This document shows, in pieces, positions 1 through 14,507 of a stretch of 64,000 nucleotides of DNA (position 1 is the stretch's first letter; each line of letters begins with the position of its first letter). The notes below the pieces were generated by a model that saw only the letters and a program-made list of their open reading frames with translations, was not told where the DNA came from and made no database searches. A program made the translations under genes and the position numbers. Origin of the DNA: Eledone cirrhosa (taxonomy: Eukaryota); assembly GCA_964016885.1 (NCBI GenBank), contig OZ024742.1, forward strand, positions 28,706,001 through 28,770,000. Direction: 5' to 3'.

Positions 1-325
1 ATAGCGTCAAAGACAATATGTAGCGTTAAAGACAATATATAGCGTTAAAGACAATATATAGCGTTAAAGACAATATATAGCGTTAAAGACAATATATAGC
101 GTTAAAAACCATATATAGCGTTAAAGACAATATATAGCGTCAAAGACCGTATAGTGTTAAAGACAATATATATAGCGTTAAAGACAATATATATAGCGTT
201 AAAGACAATGTGTAGTGTTATAAACACAGTGTCTAGCGTTAAAACACAATATGTAGCTTTAAAAACAATATATAGCGTTAAAAACACAGTGTGTAGTTAC
301 AAAAACACAGTGTGTAGCTTTAAAG
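1..325. repeat. ~20-22 bp minisatellite (ATATAGCGTTAAAGACAAT-like), runs off the left edge of the window
   Basis: Repeated tagcgttaaagacaatata units, drifting to tagcgttaaaaacacagtgtg. Confidence 0.9.
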
Positions 326-839
326 AACTTCATTTTGTTTCTAGCAAACTGTCGTTCATGTTCGTAATCAATAACAATTACATATGTACTTTTAACAAAT
401 ATGTTAAAGCTATACTCAATTTATCTACATAATTTATATGTAATTAGCTTCATAGATTTCATGCTAGAGGAGGAATTACTGGGCGAAATATAAAGTAATA
501 TAGAGAAAAGTTGCTAAAATAATTATAATGAAATGACCTCCCGTCAACAGATTACGACGGCATGCTAATCTACCAGAATGTGATATATATATTTGTGTAT
601 ACATATATGTATGTGTGAGTGAGTAACTATATGTGTATGCATGTGCGTATGCGTGTGTACGTGTCTGAGAAATAGGAACAATTAATATAAACAATTATTA
701 ACCAATCACAATTATCATTAATAATTTGCATCTTTCTGTCGGTTACAATATATTGAAGTCATTCAACATATTTCGTATGGCTTTTTTTCTTTTTACATAT
801 AGAATATAGAATAGATCTCCGTCAGTTCTCAGGATGACT

Positions 840-1150
840 GTTCCAATTATCGATGGAGCAGTCTGATCATGAAAATAACATACGTGGCCGAGCATTCCAC
901 AGATACTCTCAACGTACTTCACAGGAAGATTCAGCTCGTCAGTGTTTGACAAGACTGGCTTTTGAATTACAGGTACAGTACTCCATCCGACGAGATGCCG
1001 AGCAATTTCCGTCAACCCAATGTATCTCACAAGGCATGGGTCGATCTGTGGCTATAGTGAATAACATTTGCCCAAGATTGGATCAAACTCGAGTCTTAAT
1101 AATTACGAAGTAAACTCATTAACCATTTGGCCATGCTGAGCCCACAGATT
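840..1150 (+). mobile_element. Decayed SINE-like interspersed repeat (family B)
   Basis: gagcattccacagatac...cgtac...aggaagattcag...tttgaattacaggtacag recurs at ~11100-11640, ~45185-45350 and reverse-complemented at ~10860-10960 and ~48060-48190. Confidence 0.55.
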
Positions 1151-2098
1151 TTACATATACCTACATACATGAAGGAAGTTGACTAAAAGAAACAAGGCCT
1201 GCTCTACAGTTACTATATTGGTATCTCTCAAACAGACGATTCCCTGGATGCCCTCCTTTAGAAAGAGAAAGTTTTTCCATAGGATACCAACAACTTCGGG
1301 TTCACAAGCGCTACTACAGATTCACCAATGATACGGATGATTTTGCTTCTTTAATGAACCATAAAGCAAAGATGACTTTTTAACTCGATGAATATGTTAG
1401 CCCTCACCACAATCGAATTCAATCCAATCCAGGGCCTTCTCACACCTGTTGCATGAACTCCTCCCTCGTTGACCACCACCTCTTTCTGTTTGGTTTTGGT
1501 CATGTCTTCAGGAGTGTAGCTGTAGCTCACCACAGTTGGCCAATTGCGGGTTATTGAGGCTACCTAATCCATAATTGGGGTAGATTTTCGTCGACTCTAA
1601 GGAGTCCATCCGCTCTTTTAAAAGCTCTTTATTTTTGTGGTGGAGGATTCCACTTACCATCCACAACTGACTAAGGTCGGGTGGGGTAGCCTGTTTAGTC
1701 ACCGATTACTCGACCATGAAGCAGGTTGTACAGGGTCACATGGTACCAGTAGCAGACAGAAGCCCGACTTGACATAAGCCCTCACATTAGCGCTAAATAT
1801 TGGATCTGGGAGTACTGGAATGAACAAAACTTGCCTAGGCTTATATTTACCTAAAATAGACATAATCACACGAATTCATTATATTTTGAATAAATTGCTT
1901 TAAAAAGATGATTGAAATCTCCAGCCGCCCTAGACTGGAGATTCACTCAAAAATATTACATTTCAATCATCCACAGGATGGTTACATTTATTAATTCCGA
2001 GCTTCACAAACATGCCCCAAAAAGTAAAAAAGAATAAAATAGACTAATAAAATATTTAACTGAAATAAAATATTTTCATTTTAAGGAAATATAATTAA

Positions 2099-2161
<63 letters not shown>

Positions 2162-2419
2162 TATTTCAAAAAAGATGCTGAACTAATTTATATATTTACT
2201 CTAAATGAATTATTTTTCTAATCAGTAAATTTTACAATGTCTATTAAAGAGCTTGGGGCAATAAAATGTACTTAGTTTTTCTATTTAGAGTAAAAAAGAA
2301 CATATTAGAGAAAACATTATATAGCCTAAATCCTTCTCAAATAGAAAAGATCTGCTCCCATTTTAATACCCAATATCTAGGTACAAAATTGTGGCCTATA
2401 ATGTGTAATATACATACAG

Positions 2420-2479
<60 letters not shown>

Positions 2480-2706
2480 GCATGTATCTAAGTATGTATA
2501 TATATATATATATATGCGATGCGTGCATGTATGAACATAAATATATGTGAGTATGAGTGAGCGTGTGTGTGCGCATGCGTAATATATATATATATATATA
2601 CTTTTGACTGTATGTGTTGGTAAGAAGTAAACAGACAAACCAAAGCAGACGACACAGTAGAATGAAGAAATATATTAGTTTAACGCTTGAAATAATTGGA
2701 AAAGAG

Positions 2707-2742
2707 TCTGAACGTTTCAGTCATTAGTCCTTCATCAGAAGA
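2707..2742 (-). ncRNA. Degenerate minimal type I hammerhead ribozyme motif
   Basis: Minus strand tctt-CTGATGA-aggactaatgact-GAAA-CGTT-caga; homologous to the better-preserved copy at 59716-59751; lies in a ~150 bp repeat ending in (TA)n. Confidence 0.55.
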
Positions 2743-3212
2743 TAGAGTGTGAAATAAAAGATGAAATAGAATTATATATATATATATATATATATAGTAG
2801 AATAATCGAGTATCGAAAAATCGGCGCACGAGTTCACGATAAACAAAATTCGAGATGAGCGGCAGAGGGCTCTATAATTCAAATAAATTAGAGCTATAAC
2901 TATCGTTAAAATACCGTCACACGTAGAATATGTCTACAATCAACCAAATAACCGAAAAGTTCGATATGGAAGATTCGGGACACTCAGATAAATTATCAAT
3001 AAATCAATAAATGAAATGAATGTAATATATATATATATATATATATATCAAACATACATGTGTGGTATATGTAGAGAGAGAGATGCAAGAATAACCACAA
3101 ACCCTCCATCTCAATTCTACTTTTGAAAAGCATAAGAACTGTGAAACCGGTAAAGGAAACAAATAAATATTCTTAAAAAGACTCCAGCTGCATTTTTGAT
3201 TTCATCTTTTTT

Positions 3213-3289
<77 letters not shown>

Positions 3290-4494
3290 GAAGGTATTTG
3301 TTTAATATTTTATATATATATATATATATATACATATATATACACACACACATACATACATACATACACAGACGTGTATATGTAAACGTATGTGTGTATG
3401 CATACACACACACACACACACACATGTATGTATATATATATATATACGTATGTTTGTGTTTGAAATGGTTGGACAACTGTATTTTCCATTCTACTCGTAG
3501 TTATGGACTCGTGATTTCAAATTCTCCTGTAGGTGTCGCTGTGTAACCTGAAGCATAATCTATAACCTACTTTGCTCAGGGCTTTCTCTCTAATTAAAAC
3601 ATCACTGTGTGGCAGAATATGTGGCAGTCTGTGTCTAAGTATATGTCTCTGTGTGTGTCTCTCTATGTATATGAGTGTGTGTGTGTGTGTCTAAGTATGT
3701 GTCTTTTTCTATATGTGTGTATGTGTATGTCGCTCTCTCTCTGTCTGTGTCTCTGAGTGTGTGTGTATGTGTGGCAGCATGTATATATGTCTGAGTATGC
3801 GACTGGGGTCTGTCTACATACATACATACATGACTGTACGCCTATATGTGTATGTGTGTTTTGCGTGTGCGTCAGTGCATATATATGTGTGCGCGTTTTG
3901 CGTGCACGTGTGTGTATATGTATATATTTCTGTGTGTAAGTGTGTATGTATCTGTGATGTATTGTATTTAATTATATTTGTTGTTTTTTTATTCACCTTA
4001 ATTAGTTTCTTTCATCACCGCATGCTCCTCCTACACCCATCCCTCCCCCATCACCAACGCCGTGCTCCTCCTCCACACCACAACCAGCCTTACCACCACC
4101 ACCCCAATCATCACAAGCAGCATCAGCACCGAATCCTTATGACCGTCTTCATTTTCATTGTTATCTGCAGATCGAAGACTGCAAACACCACGACCATCAC
4201 CACCATACACCAGTATAATGAACCAGCTCCACGTGGTCACTAGAATTACTAGATATAGTAGCGAAAACCTTAAATTAAACTGTTGCTTTTAAAAAATGGA
4301 AGGACATACAATGTAATCGCTCATCTACAAAAAGCCGGTATGGTCATGGTTGGATCGACTTTGATCATGGATGTTGTGTAACTCCCGGGGGAGTCATAAA
4401 GGCACCTTGTTGACACACGGCGTTAGGGTCTTTTATTTTAAATGGCAGAGCCCATCTCTCCTGATCTGAAAACAGCAGATTTCTTCCAGAGATG

Positions 4495-4518
4495 AGAAAG
4501 AGAGAAAGAGAAAGAGAG

Positions 4519-4597
<79 letters not shown>

Positions 4598-4651
4598 AAG
4601 AGAGCGAGAGAGAGCGAGAGAGAGAGAGAGAGAGAGAGCAAGAGAGATGAA

Positions 4652-4682
<31 letters not shown>

Positions 4683-4816
4683 TGAGTGACAGAGAGATGA
4701 GAGAGAGAGATGAGTGACAGAGAGATGAGAGAGAGAGATGAGTGACAGAGAGATGAGAGAGAGAGAGAGAGAGAAAGAGAGATAGAGAGAGAGAGAGACA
4801 GAGAGAGAGAGACAGA

Positions 4817-4854
<38 letters not shown>

Positions 4855-4950
4855 TGCGAGAGAGAGAGAGAGATGCGAGAGAGAGAGAGAGAGATGCGAG
4901 AGAGAGATGCGAGAGAGAGAGATGAGAGAGAGAAAGAGAGAGAGAGTGTG
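4495..4950. repeat. (GA)n-rich microsatellite
   Basis: Direct reading. Confidence 0.95.
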
Positions 4951-4979
4951 TGTGTAAGGGAGAAAGAGATATAGAGGAG

Positions 4980-5270
4980 GAATTGACACCAGTACTAGGC
5001 TGGTACTTTTTTTATCGATCTCGAAACTATGAAACGAAAAATCGACCTGGAAAGCAAAGTTGACCTGGATAAGAGTTGGCCCGTGAGACAGAGAACCGAA
5101 TACGGCAAAAGTATTTTAACTCAGCCGAGGTTAACTTTGCCTTTCATCCTTACGGGGTCGATAAAATAAAGTACCAGTAATACACTGGGTTATTGCTGGC
5201 CTTGTGCCAAAAGTAGAAGCAAAGTATTTCAGCCGACGTTCTAGCGACTGTCAATTAGCCGCCTACTTTT
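4980..5270. mobile_element. Old minus-strand SINE-A copy interrupted by a 5'-truncated plus-strand SINE-A (about 5120-5220)
   Basis: Core gccgaggttaactttgcctttcatccttacggggtcgataaaataaagtaccagt on plus strand; flanked by gcaaaagtattt / gcaaagtattt. Confidence 0.7.
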
Positions 5271-5619
5271 GGTGGAGGCGGTGGTGGTGGTGGGATTGGG
5301 GGGAGGTTTTCTAAAGAAGAACAATGGCAACAACAACAACGATAGCAGCAACAGTAGCCTTAACAACAACAACAACTAACCAGCGGACTAAAACCACCAT
5401 CTAAATAATATCACCTCAATCATGTGACGTCATCATCATCATTACCATCAACAACAAAAACAGCAGCACAAAAACCAGCATAGAAAATACCATCACCTCG
5501 ATCGTCGTCGTCACCATCATCGCCGACGCCATCAGCATCGTCATCATCATCGTCGTCATAACCATTAACGACAAAATCAGTAGCAACAGTTGCCTTAACA
5601 ACAAGTAACCAGAGGACAA

Positions 5620-5990
5620 AAACCATCTAAAATACCATCACCTCGACCATGTGACATCACCCACCACCATCATCAATACCATCACCACCACCACCATCAC
5701 CTCGACCATGTGACATCACCCACCACCACCATCACCCATCACCACCATCATCACCACCATCACCAACACCATCACCACCACCACCATCACCTCGACCATG
5801 TGACATCACCCACCACCACCACCACCACCACCATCACCTCGACCATGTGACATCACCCACCACCACCACCATCACCCATCACCACCATCATCACCACCAT
5901 CACCAACACCATCACCACCACCACCACCACCACCACCACCTCGACCATGTGACATCACCCACCAACAACAACAACAACAACAAAAACAGC
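5620..5990. repeat. Composite repeat of cctcgaccatgtgacatcaccc plus (CAC)n
   Basis: Five copies of the anchor motif separated by variable CAC/CAT runs. Confidence 0.85.
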
Positions 5991-6533
5991 CGTAAAGTCC
6001 TCATTGATATTCATATATATTAACATTTCTCAATGATAAAATATATATTCATAATATTCATATGAAACTAAATTATCCAAAGGCTCGACAATTATTAACG
6101 GCTCAGTTAATATGCATGAGGTAAGTATATACGTTCAACAATCTGGCAGGAAGGTATACGTTGCTGACGATAGCTAATAAACTTGAAACTAGTACAGCGT
6201 TCCTTTGTCAGTGTTGAACAAACGAACAACGATGGTTGTTTGACACTACGGCTTAATACGGGATGTTTGTTTACAAACACACCGAGCATTATAATAAATG
6301 TTCGGTGAATCTATACGTACATATATATATGTGTGCATGTATGTATATATATATACATGCTACTGTACGTCTGTATACATATATGTATGTACGTGTACAT
6401 ACTTATATTTAAGTAACAGCCGTACTAAGAGTGGGAAATGAAATTTCGTTTCATTTTTTCCGTTTAAACATTAAGTGTTTCCGTAGGAAAGGTAAAGGAA
6501 AAGAGAGTGCTCTATGTAGGCTACAGAGCTATT

Positions 6534-6701
6534 TAGTTATGTAATAAACAACATAAGACAATTATTCCATTTACCAAAGGTTTCACCAAGACAGACGAGC
6601 TTGACACAGACGTCTGAAATCGTTCGGACGTCTGTGTCGAGCTCGTCTGTCTTCGTGAAACCTTTGGTAAATGAAATAATTGTCTTATGTTGTTTATTAC
6701 A

Positions 6702-6707
<6 letters not shown>
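6534..6707. mobile_element. Near-perfect ~80 bp-arm hairpin carrying a hammerhead 3' half (GAAACCTTTGGTA); probable Penelope-like terminal fragment with inversion
   Basis: Arms tagttatgtaataaacaacataagacaatt... / ...aattgtcttatgttgtttattacataacta; abuts (TA)n. Confidence 0.6.
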
Positions 6708-6755
<48 letters not shown>

Positions 6756-6757
<2 letters not shown>

Positions 6758-7046
6758 AGGGCCTTGTTTCAAGAGGGTACCAGGGGACAAGCCCCCCCCC
6801 CCACACACACACACTCTTTATTTCATTTTTCTATATTTCATTTTTTGTTTATTTGATATAATAAATTCTTTTTAAGCTTATTCTTTTATATATGAACTTC
6901 ATTTGAATATATAAAATTTAATTAGCGTAAAATTGTACTTATGTGATAGGGTTCGAGAAAGGCACCATAAGCAATTTATGCTCCTTTAAGAATAAACAAA
7001 TGTTGGTTTGTCCCCCCTCACAGTTTTAAGGCAAACGAGGCCCCTG
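6756..7046. mobile_element. MITE with CAGGG-type terminal inverted repeats (hAT-like)
   Basis: caagggccttgttt ... aaacgaggcccctg, subterminal ggggacaa / ttgtcccc; inserted in TA repeat. Confidence 0.6.
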
Positions 7047-7700
7047 TATATATATATAGACACTCACACATACAGAGTTAAACGACATCCATCTGATGTA
7101 GTTATATCTAATGACAGCCATAGATACGAAGCCACCGGTCGATCTAATCGGTGTTTACACGTGTGTATCTGTGTTTATTTGTCTAACCGCTCCATACAGA
7201 CTAGAAGTTACATCGGGGTCGATGTGGTTCGTTGGTGGTCGATTTTAATGTCAGTTCTTTGTCAACGTCAGAGAACACACGTAGCTTATTATTTGGAGAG
7301 AGGGAGAAATAGTGAGAGATAGAAAGAGGGTGAGAGATAGAGAGAGAGGGTAACAGATAGAGAGATAGAGAGGTGGTGAGAGATAGAGAGGGTGAGAGAG
7401 AGAGAGTGGGGGTGAGAGTGGGTAAGAGAGAGGAGCTGAGGGGAAGAGCAGAAGAGAGAGAGTTGGATAGGGGTAAGAGAAGAGGCTATGGAGATGAGGA
7501 AACGGTGGGGAGAAGGGGGGGGGGAGGAAGAAAAAGAGAGCGGGGTGGGTTGAGAGAGAGAGAGAGAGAACGTGGGAAGATAGATAGAGGGAGAGGGAAC
7601 GTGGGAAGAGAGATAGAGGGAGAGGGAACGTGGGAAGAGAGATAGGGAGAGAACGTGGGAAGAGAGAGAGAGAGAGAGGGAGAGAGAGAGAGAGAGAGAG

Positions 7701-7736
<36 letters not shown>

Positions 7737-7914
7737 CAGACTTGGCTAGTTCATATCTCTACGACGGTGTTGTGTCTGAACCAAAGACTTTGCCCTCTTC
7801 CATGCCCATCGCAGTGACCTAAAAGTTGGGATCATTCTTCAGTCAAAATATAATTATATTTTTATATTTCGTATTTTAAATATGGCGGCCAATATTACAG
7901 AATCGCAATAACCG

Positions 7915-8092
7915 TTTCCACCTTTGGCACAAGGCCAGCAATTATCCCAGTACATTACTGGTACTTTATTTTATCGACCCCGTAAGGATGAAAGGCAAAG
8001 TTAACCTCGGCGGGATTTGAACTCAGAACATAAAGGGCCGTAACTCTATGCTGCAAAGCATGGCGTCCGACCCTCTAACGATACTGCCACGT
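7915..8092 (-). mobile_element. SINE-A, tRNA-derived with Meta-like core
   Basis: Reverse complement of the full copy at 50155-50350; B-box gagttcaaatcc on minus strand. Confidence 0.85.
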
Positions 8093-9089
8093 AATAACGT
8101 TGGATATTTCTTATTCCTTGTCTCCTCGTTTCTGTGTACCGAGTTCAAACTTACTGAGGTTTACTTGATTGTCGTCCTTTGGCAATCTATAGAGGAACAT
8201 GGCACAGGGCTGGTGCAGTCCTCTTTTCTTCTAGATGTCACATTCTAGAAGCTTCGTCGGATGAATAACAGAAGGGTTGAGGTAGGGCGGAGATGTCTTC
8301 TCAGAATTGCCTAGACACCTAAAACTCTTAACGAAAGCAGCTAGGGGGTTAATCTGTGATGGTCATTACATCCAGTAGGCGATTAGATGAGGGTGGGGGA
8401 CGTACACGTTGTCGCAGAATGAAACCGGGATAAGCTCACGCCTGAAAAGACACTGGGCTTGTGACATATACACACACACACATAAAATAATACATACACA
8501 CATACATACACGCATACATAGATATACACACATACACACACACACATAAAATAATACATACACACATACATACACGCATACATAGATATACACACATACA
8601 CACACACACATAAAATAATACATACACACATACATACACGCATACATAGATATACACACATACACACACACAATCATACATACATACATACATACATACA
8701 TACATACATACATACATACATACATACATACAAGCACATACATACACATACCTACATACATACACACACGCCTACAAACATACAGAAACACACATACCTG
8801 TGTATAGTATTACATGGCGATATTTCCTTCACAATGTCACCTCCATATTTTGGCGCTACACTGACGTATAAGACGGTACCCCAATGGCCCGGGGGTGTGG
8901 GGATTAATTGACATACCTAAATAAAGTCACGCAATTAAATTCCAAGACGCAGTCTTCGGTGACACATTGTTAATAAAGGTTTATACAAAGCGATTATTTG
9001 TGTATGTGAGATGTGTATGTACTTAGGTAGGTGTTTGTGTATTGGGCGTATACATATACCTACACACATACATATAGATAGATAGATAG

Positions 9090-9122
<33 letters not shown>

Positions 9123-9557
9123 AAAAGTAAATGGAAGAAACAAAGCAAACAACACTACAATGAAAAAATATATTAGTTTATCGCTTGATACAATAGGAAA
9201 AGCTTAATACTGATATATATATATATAGACACACATACATACACACATACCCATACATATATACACACAAATATGTATATATATTGACACATATATTGGT
9301 AGTTAGATTGAAGAGAGTGTCGGAGAGACGGTGTATGTAGGGGAGAGAAAGGCAGAGAGAAGAAAGAGGGACAGAGAGAAAGAGAGAGTGGGGAAATAGA
9401 GTTGCAGAGGGAGAGAGTGGAGGGAGAGAGTGGGGAGAAAGAGGGGTGGGAGAAGGGTGGGAGAAGGGAAAGGGTGAGATCAACGATATTCTGTGGTGGA
9501 TATTTATTAAATATTAATGATAGCAGCGGCCTGCAGTAGTGTCAGAGAAAAGCAGTG

Positions 9558-10325
<768 letters not shown>

Positions 10326-10509
10326 ACCGGCATCTGCTGCAGCAGCAACAGTGCAGACTGAAGCGCAGCAGCACCAACTATATTTGCAACATCAGCAGCG
10401 ACGGCAGCAACAACAACAGCAACACTGCTGCTACATCGTCAGCGGAAGAATCACAGATATGAATTGAATTTGAAATATTAGACAGTGTGTATGGAGTTAC
10501 ATACAAGAT

Positions 10510-10544
<35 letters not shown>

Positions 10545-10705
10545 CACATACATATATATGCACACACACACACATACATACATACATATATATATACACA
10601 CACACATATACACACACACATGTAATGCATGCTTTTTTTCCTAGATATACACATGCATACATATAGCACCGACGGAATTACTTCATTTACGCACACATAT
10701 ATGTG

Positions 10706-10790
<85 letters not shown>

Positions 10791-11099
10791 GTAAATGTAT
10801 GTGTATACATGCATTGCAACGCATTACACATACCGACAATTGGACTCTAGCTGCAATCCCTAGTATCACGCGGAATCTCCCTGAGAATTCCTACGTTAAG
10901 TATACACGTGCCTGTGATATGGTCAACGTCACATACACGTTAATCGAACAACTGGAACACTCGTCGATAGCGATGAAGGCTCATTCCATTTATGGCGCCA
11001 GTTTGTGATATGGCGGTGTTGTGACGGTAATAGTATATTTACGGGTGGTTGTTGGACTCTCGTCGGTTTCGACGACGACTTTCCACATGATTTCATAAA

Positions 11100-11635
11100 C
11101 GGAGCAACCTGCTCTTTAAAACGCAAGTGCCGGAGCATTCCTCAGACACGCGTACCTTTAACACAGATCTCAGGGAGAGTCAGGATGTAACAAGACTGAC
11201 CCTTCGAATTACAGGTACAACTCAGATGGAGGTATACCAGCTCGTTAAAACGCTAGTGCCTGAGCATTCCATAGGCACTACGTACCTTTACCACAGATCT
11301 CAGGGAAAGTCGGGATGTGACAACCTGCTCGTTAAAACGCTAGTGTCTGAGCATTCTCTAGACACCGTATACCTTTACCACAGATCTCAGGGAGATTCAA
11401 GATGTGACAACCTGCTCGTTAAAACGCTACTGTCTGAGCACTTAAAAGATAATGTGTACCTTTCACACAAATCTCAGGGAGAGTCGGGATGTGACAAAGC
11501 TGGCCCTTCGACTTACAGATACAACCTGCTCGTTAAAACTCAAGTCCCTGAACATTTCATAGACACCACGTACATTTACCAGAGATCTCAGGGAGAGTCG
11601 GTATGTGGCCCATCGAATTACTGGTACAGCTCAAT
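11100..11635 (+). repeat. Tandem array of five ~85-130 bp units derived from SINE family B
   Basis: aacctgctcgttaaaacgctagtg..gagcatt...cagatctcagggagagtc repeated at ~11106, 11237, 11321, 11409, 11523. Confidence 0.8.
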
Positions 11636-11779
11636 ATTAAAGTGCCAAGGACATAACTCTGTTAGGAATTGAACTGACAACTTTAGGATAGAGAGGATGA
11701 ACTGTTTAACCAGCAAGTCACTGGCCTCCACATTGATGTGCTGTAATAGTAGTACTGTTTGTTGAATTGAGAAATTGGA

Positions 11780-12110
11780 GTAGCGGTTGTAGTTGTGGGG
11801 TATTGTGGTAGCAGCGGTGGTAGTAATATTGCTGATATATTCGTTGTTGTACTAGTAGTTGTTGTGGTAGTTGTAGGGTTGGTTGTTGTGGCGGTGGTGG
11901 CGGCGGTGTTGGTGGTTGTAGAGGTGAGGGCAGTAGTGGTGGTTGTTTTGGAGGTGGTGGTAGTAGTGGTAGTGGTGGTAGTAGTAGTAGTTGTAGTGGT
12001 GGTGATGGTAGTAGTAGTAGTGGTGGTGGTGATGGTAGTAGTAGTAGTAGTAGTTGTAGTAGTAGTAGTAGTAGTGGTGGTAGTAGTGGTATCAGTAGTA
12101 GTAGTAGTTC
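11780..12110. repeat. (TAG/TGG/TTG)n low-complexity tract
   Basis: Direct reading. Confidence 0.9.
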
Positions 12111-12354
12111 CATGGTGGAAGAGGTGGCGTTGGTTGTTTAACCCAAGGTCAACCATGGTCGAGCAAACCTATGATGAAAGACGTTCCTACCATGACATTC
12201 CGTCATTATGTTTTCCAGATATAATCAATGATGGATCATATAACATTGAATATGTCCTTTTTTAAGAAGTTAACGTGGGGTGTAAGGGAGATTCGGATGC
12301 TATTTCTAGCAGGTCGAATGACCGTAGAGACATTTCGTCATTTGATGGCGGCAG

Positions 12355-12507
12355 TGGTGTATGTGTGTGTGTGTGTGTACGTGTGTGTGTGTGTGTGTGT
12401 ACGTGTGTACGTGTGTGTATATATATGTGTGTGTGTGTGTGTGTGTTGGGTACTGTGTTACACTTACATGTGTGTGTGTGTGTGTACGTGTGTGTGTGTG
12501 TGTGTGT

Positions 12508-12542
<35 letters not shown>

Positions 12543-12548
12543 TGTGTG

Positions 12549-12579
<31 letters not shown>

Positions 12580-12645
12580 TGGGTACTGTGTTACACTTAC
12601 ATGTGTGTGTGTGTGTGTACGTGTGTGTGTGTGTGTACGTGTGTG

Positions 12646-12676
<31 letters not shown>

Positions 12677-12752
12677 TGGGTACTGTGTTACACTTACATG
12701 TGTGTGTGTGTGTACGTGTGTGTGTGTGTGTGTGTACGTGTGTGTATATATA

Positions 12753-12793
<41 letters not shown>
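12355..12793. repeat. (TG)n composite minisatellite with ttgggtactgtgttacacttac anchor (3 copies)
   Basis: Direct reading. Confidence 0.9.
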
Positions 12794-12794
<1 letters not shown>

Positions 12795-12985
12795 ACGGAG
12801 TTGTGGTAAGGAACCAGATGGACCATAACGCACCAGAGTACTCAATACTTAGGGTAGTAAAGTGGATAATAGGAGAAAGTATGACCCCCGACGGCAGAGC
12901 TCAAGCCGTTTCGACGGCTATTTCTGTCCAGAAATAGCCGTCGAAACGGCTTGAGCTCTGCCGTCGGGGTCATACTTTCTCCTAT
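12794..12985 (-). mobile_element. Penelope-like terminal fragment with a ~58 bp-arm hairpin (12869-12985)
   Basis: ataggagaaagtatgacc...atttctg TC cagaaat...catactttctcctat; contains gtcGAAAC and gagtactcaa; starts at (TA)n. Confidence 0.6.
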
Positions 12986-13084
12986 AAATATATATGTAAA
13001 TATCAATACTTAATATAAATTCAGTTTGTGTCTATCTCTGTCTTTCATATATACACTTGTATATACATACACACATATATAGAT

Positions 13085-13620
13085 ATGTGTGTATGTGTGC
13101 TCCTAGATACGACTGTGTGTGTGTGTAGATATGTGTGTGTGTATGTATGTGTGTATGTAGATGTGTGTGTGTAGATGTGTGTATGTAGATGTTTGTGTAT
13201 GTAGATGTGTGTGTGTATCTATGTATGTGTGTATGTAGATGTATGTGTGTGTGTGTGTATCTATGTATGTATGTAGATGTATGTGTGTGTATGTATATAT
13301 GTGTGTATAAATGTATGTGTATGTATGTGTGTATGTATGTATGTATGTGTGTATGTATGTAGATGTATGTGTGGGTGTGTGTAAATGTATGTGTGTATGT
13401 ATGTATGTGTGTATGTAGATGTATGTGTGTGTGTGTGTAAATGTATGTGTGTATGTATGTATGTATGTATGTAGATGTATGTGTGTAAATGTATGTGTGT
13501 ATGTATGTATGTGTGTATGTAGATGTATGTGTGTGTGTGTGTGAATGTATGTGTGTATGTATGTGTGTATGTAGATGTATGTGTGTGTGTGTGTAAATGT
13601 ATGTGTGTATGTATGTATGC
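13085..13620. repeat. (TG/TATG/TAGATG)n microsatellite
   Basis: Direct reading. Confidence 0.9.
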
Positions 13621-13684
13621 GAGAGATTAGAAGAAAATAAGGTATATACGTCACAGTTATGAAAGGTAGGTGGAGCAAAGCGAC

Positions 13685-13965
13685 TGGGTGGTATGGGGGG
13701 GGGTAGACCGGGTGGTATGGGAGGGTTAGACCTGGTGGTATGTGGGTGGGGGTTAGATCGGGTGGTATGGGAGGGTTAGACCTGGTGGTATGGGGGGGTT
13801 AGATCGGGTGGTATGGGGGGTAGAGCGGGTGGTATGGGGGGTTAGACCGGGTGGTATGGGGAGTGTTAGACCGATGGGGGGGGGGGGGGGGGTTTAGACC
13901 AGGTGGGGGTGTTAGACCGGCTGGTAGAGAGGGGGTGTTCAGACCGGGTGGTATGGGTGGTTTAT
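13685..13965. repeat. G-rich ~23 bp minisatellite (gggtggtatgggggggttagacc)
   Basis: About 11 degenerate units. Confidence 0.85.
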
Positions 13966-14507
13966 ACGGGTATGTGCTTTGAGTAGATGTATAATGCAGT
14001 TTACACACACTTTTATAAACAGAGACTTACATAAACACAAATATATACACATCTATATGTATATATACATATATACATACACAGATACATACACACACAT
14101 ATATATATATATGCATGCTTACACATACATAAACACAAACACGCATACATATAAACACACACCATACCGCCACCCCCGCACACATACATGTACACACAAG
14201 CACACATACACCGTACATTGATAATACATGAGTATGTGTATATAGTATACATAGCTACTATGACATTCAGATTTGGCTTTGTATACGGATGGCTACGTTA
14301 TATACGAGTGTTGGTTATACACCGAGTGACGACTTATATACGAGGTAATGAAGGCCTGTTGATGTGACGTAGAGGGCTGGATAAGGTGACACACCGATTC
14401 GTGGGTAATAAAGTGGAGGAAGGGTTATGTATGTTGTAGTGGTGGAAGGGTTATGTAGATGGTGGTGTTGGGGAGGTTATAAAGTACAAACAGTTTAAAG
14501 CGAGGGA

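Noticed and set aside
11683-12265. Mucin-like poly-Thr ORF
   Set aside because: Trinucleotide low-complexity tract flanked by repeat fragments; no splice or domain support.
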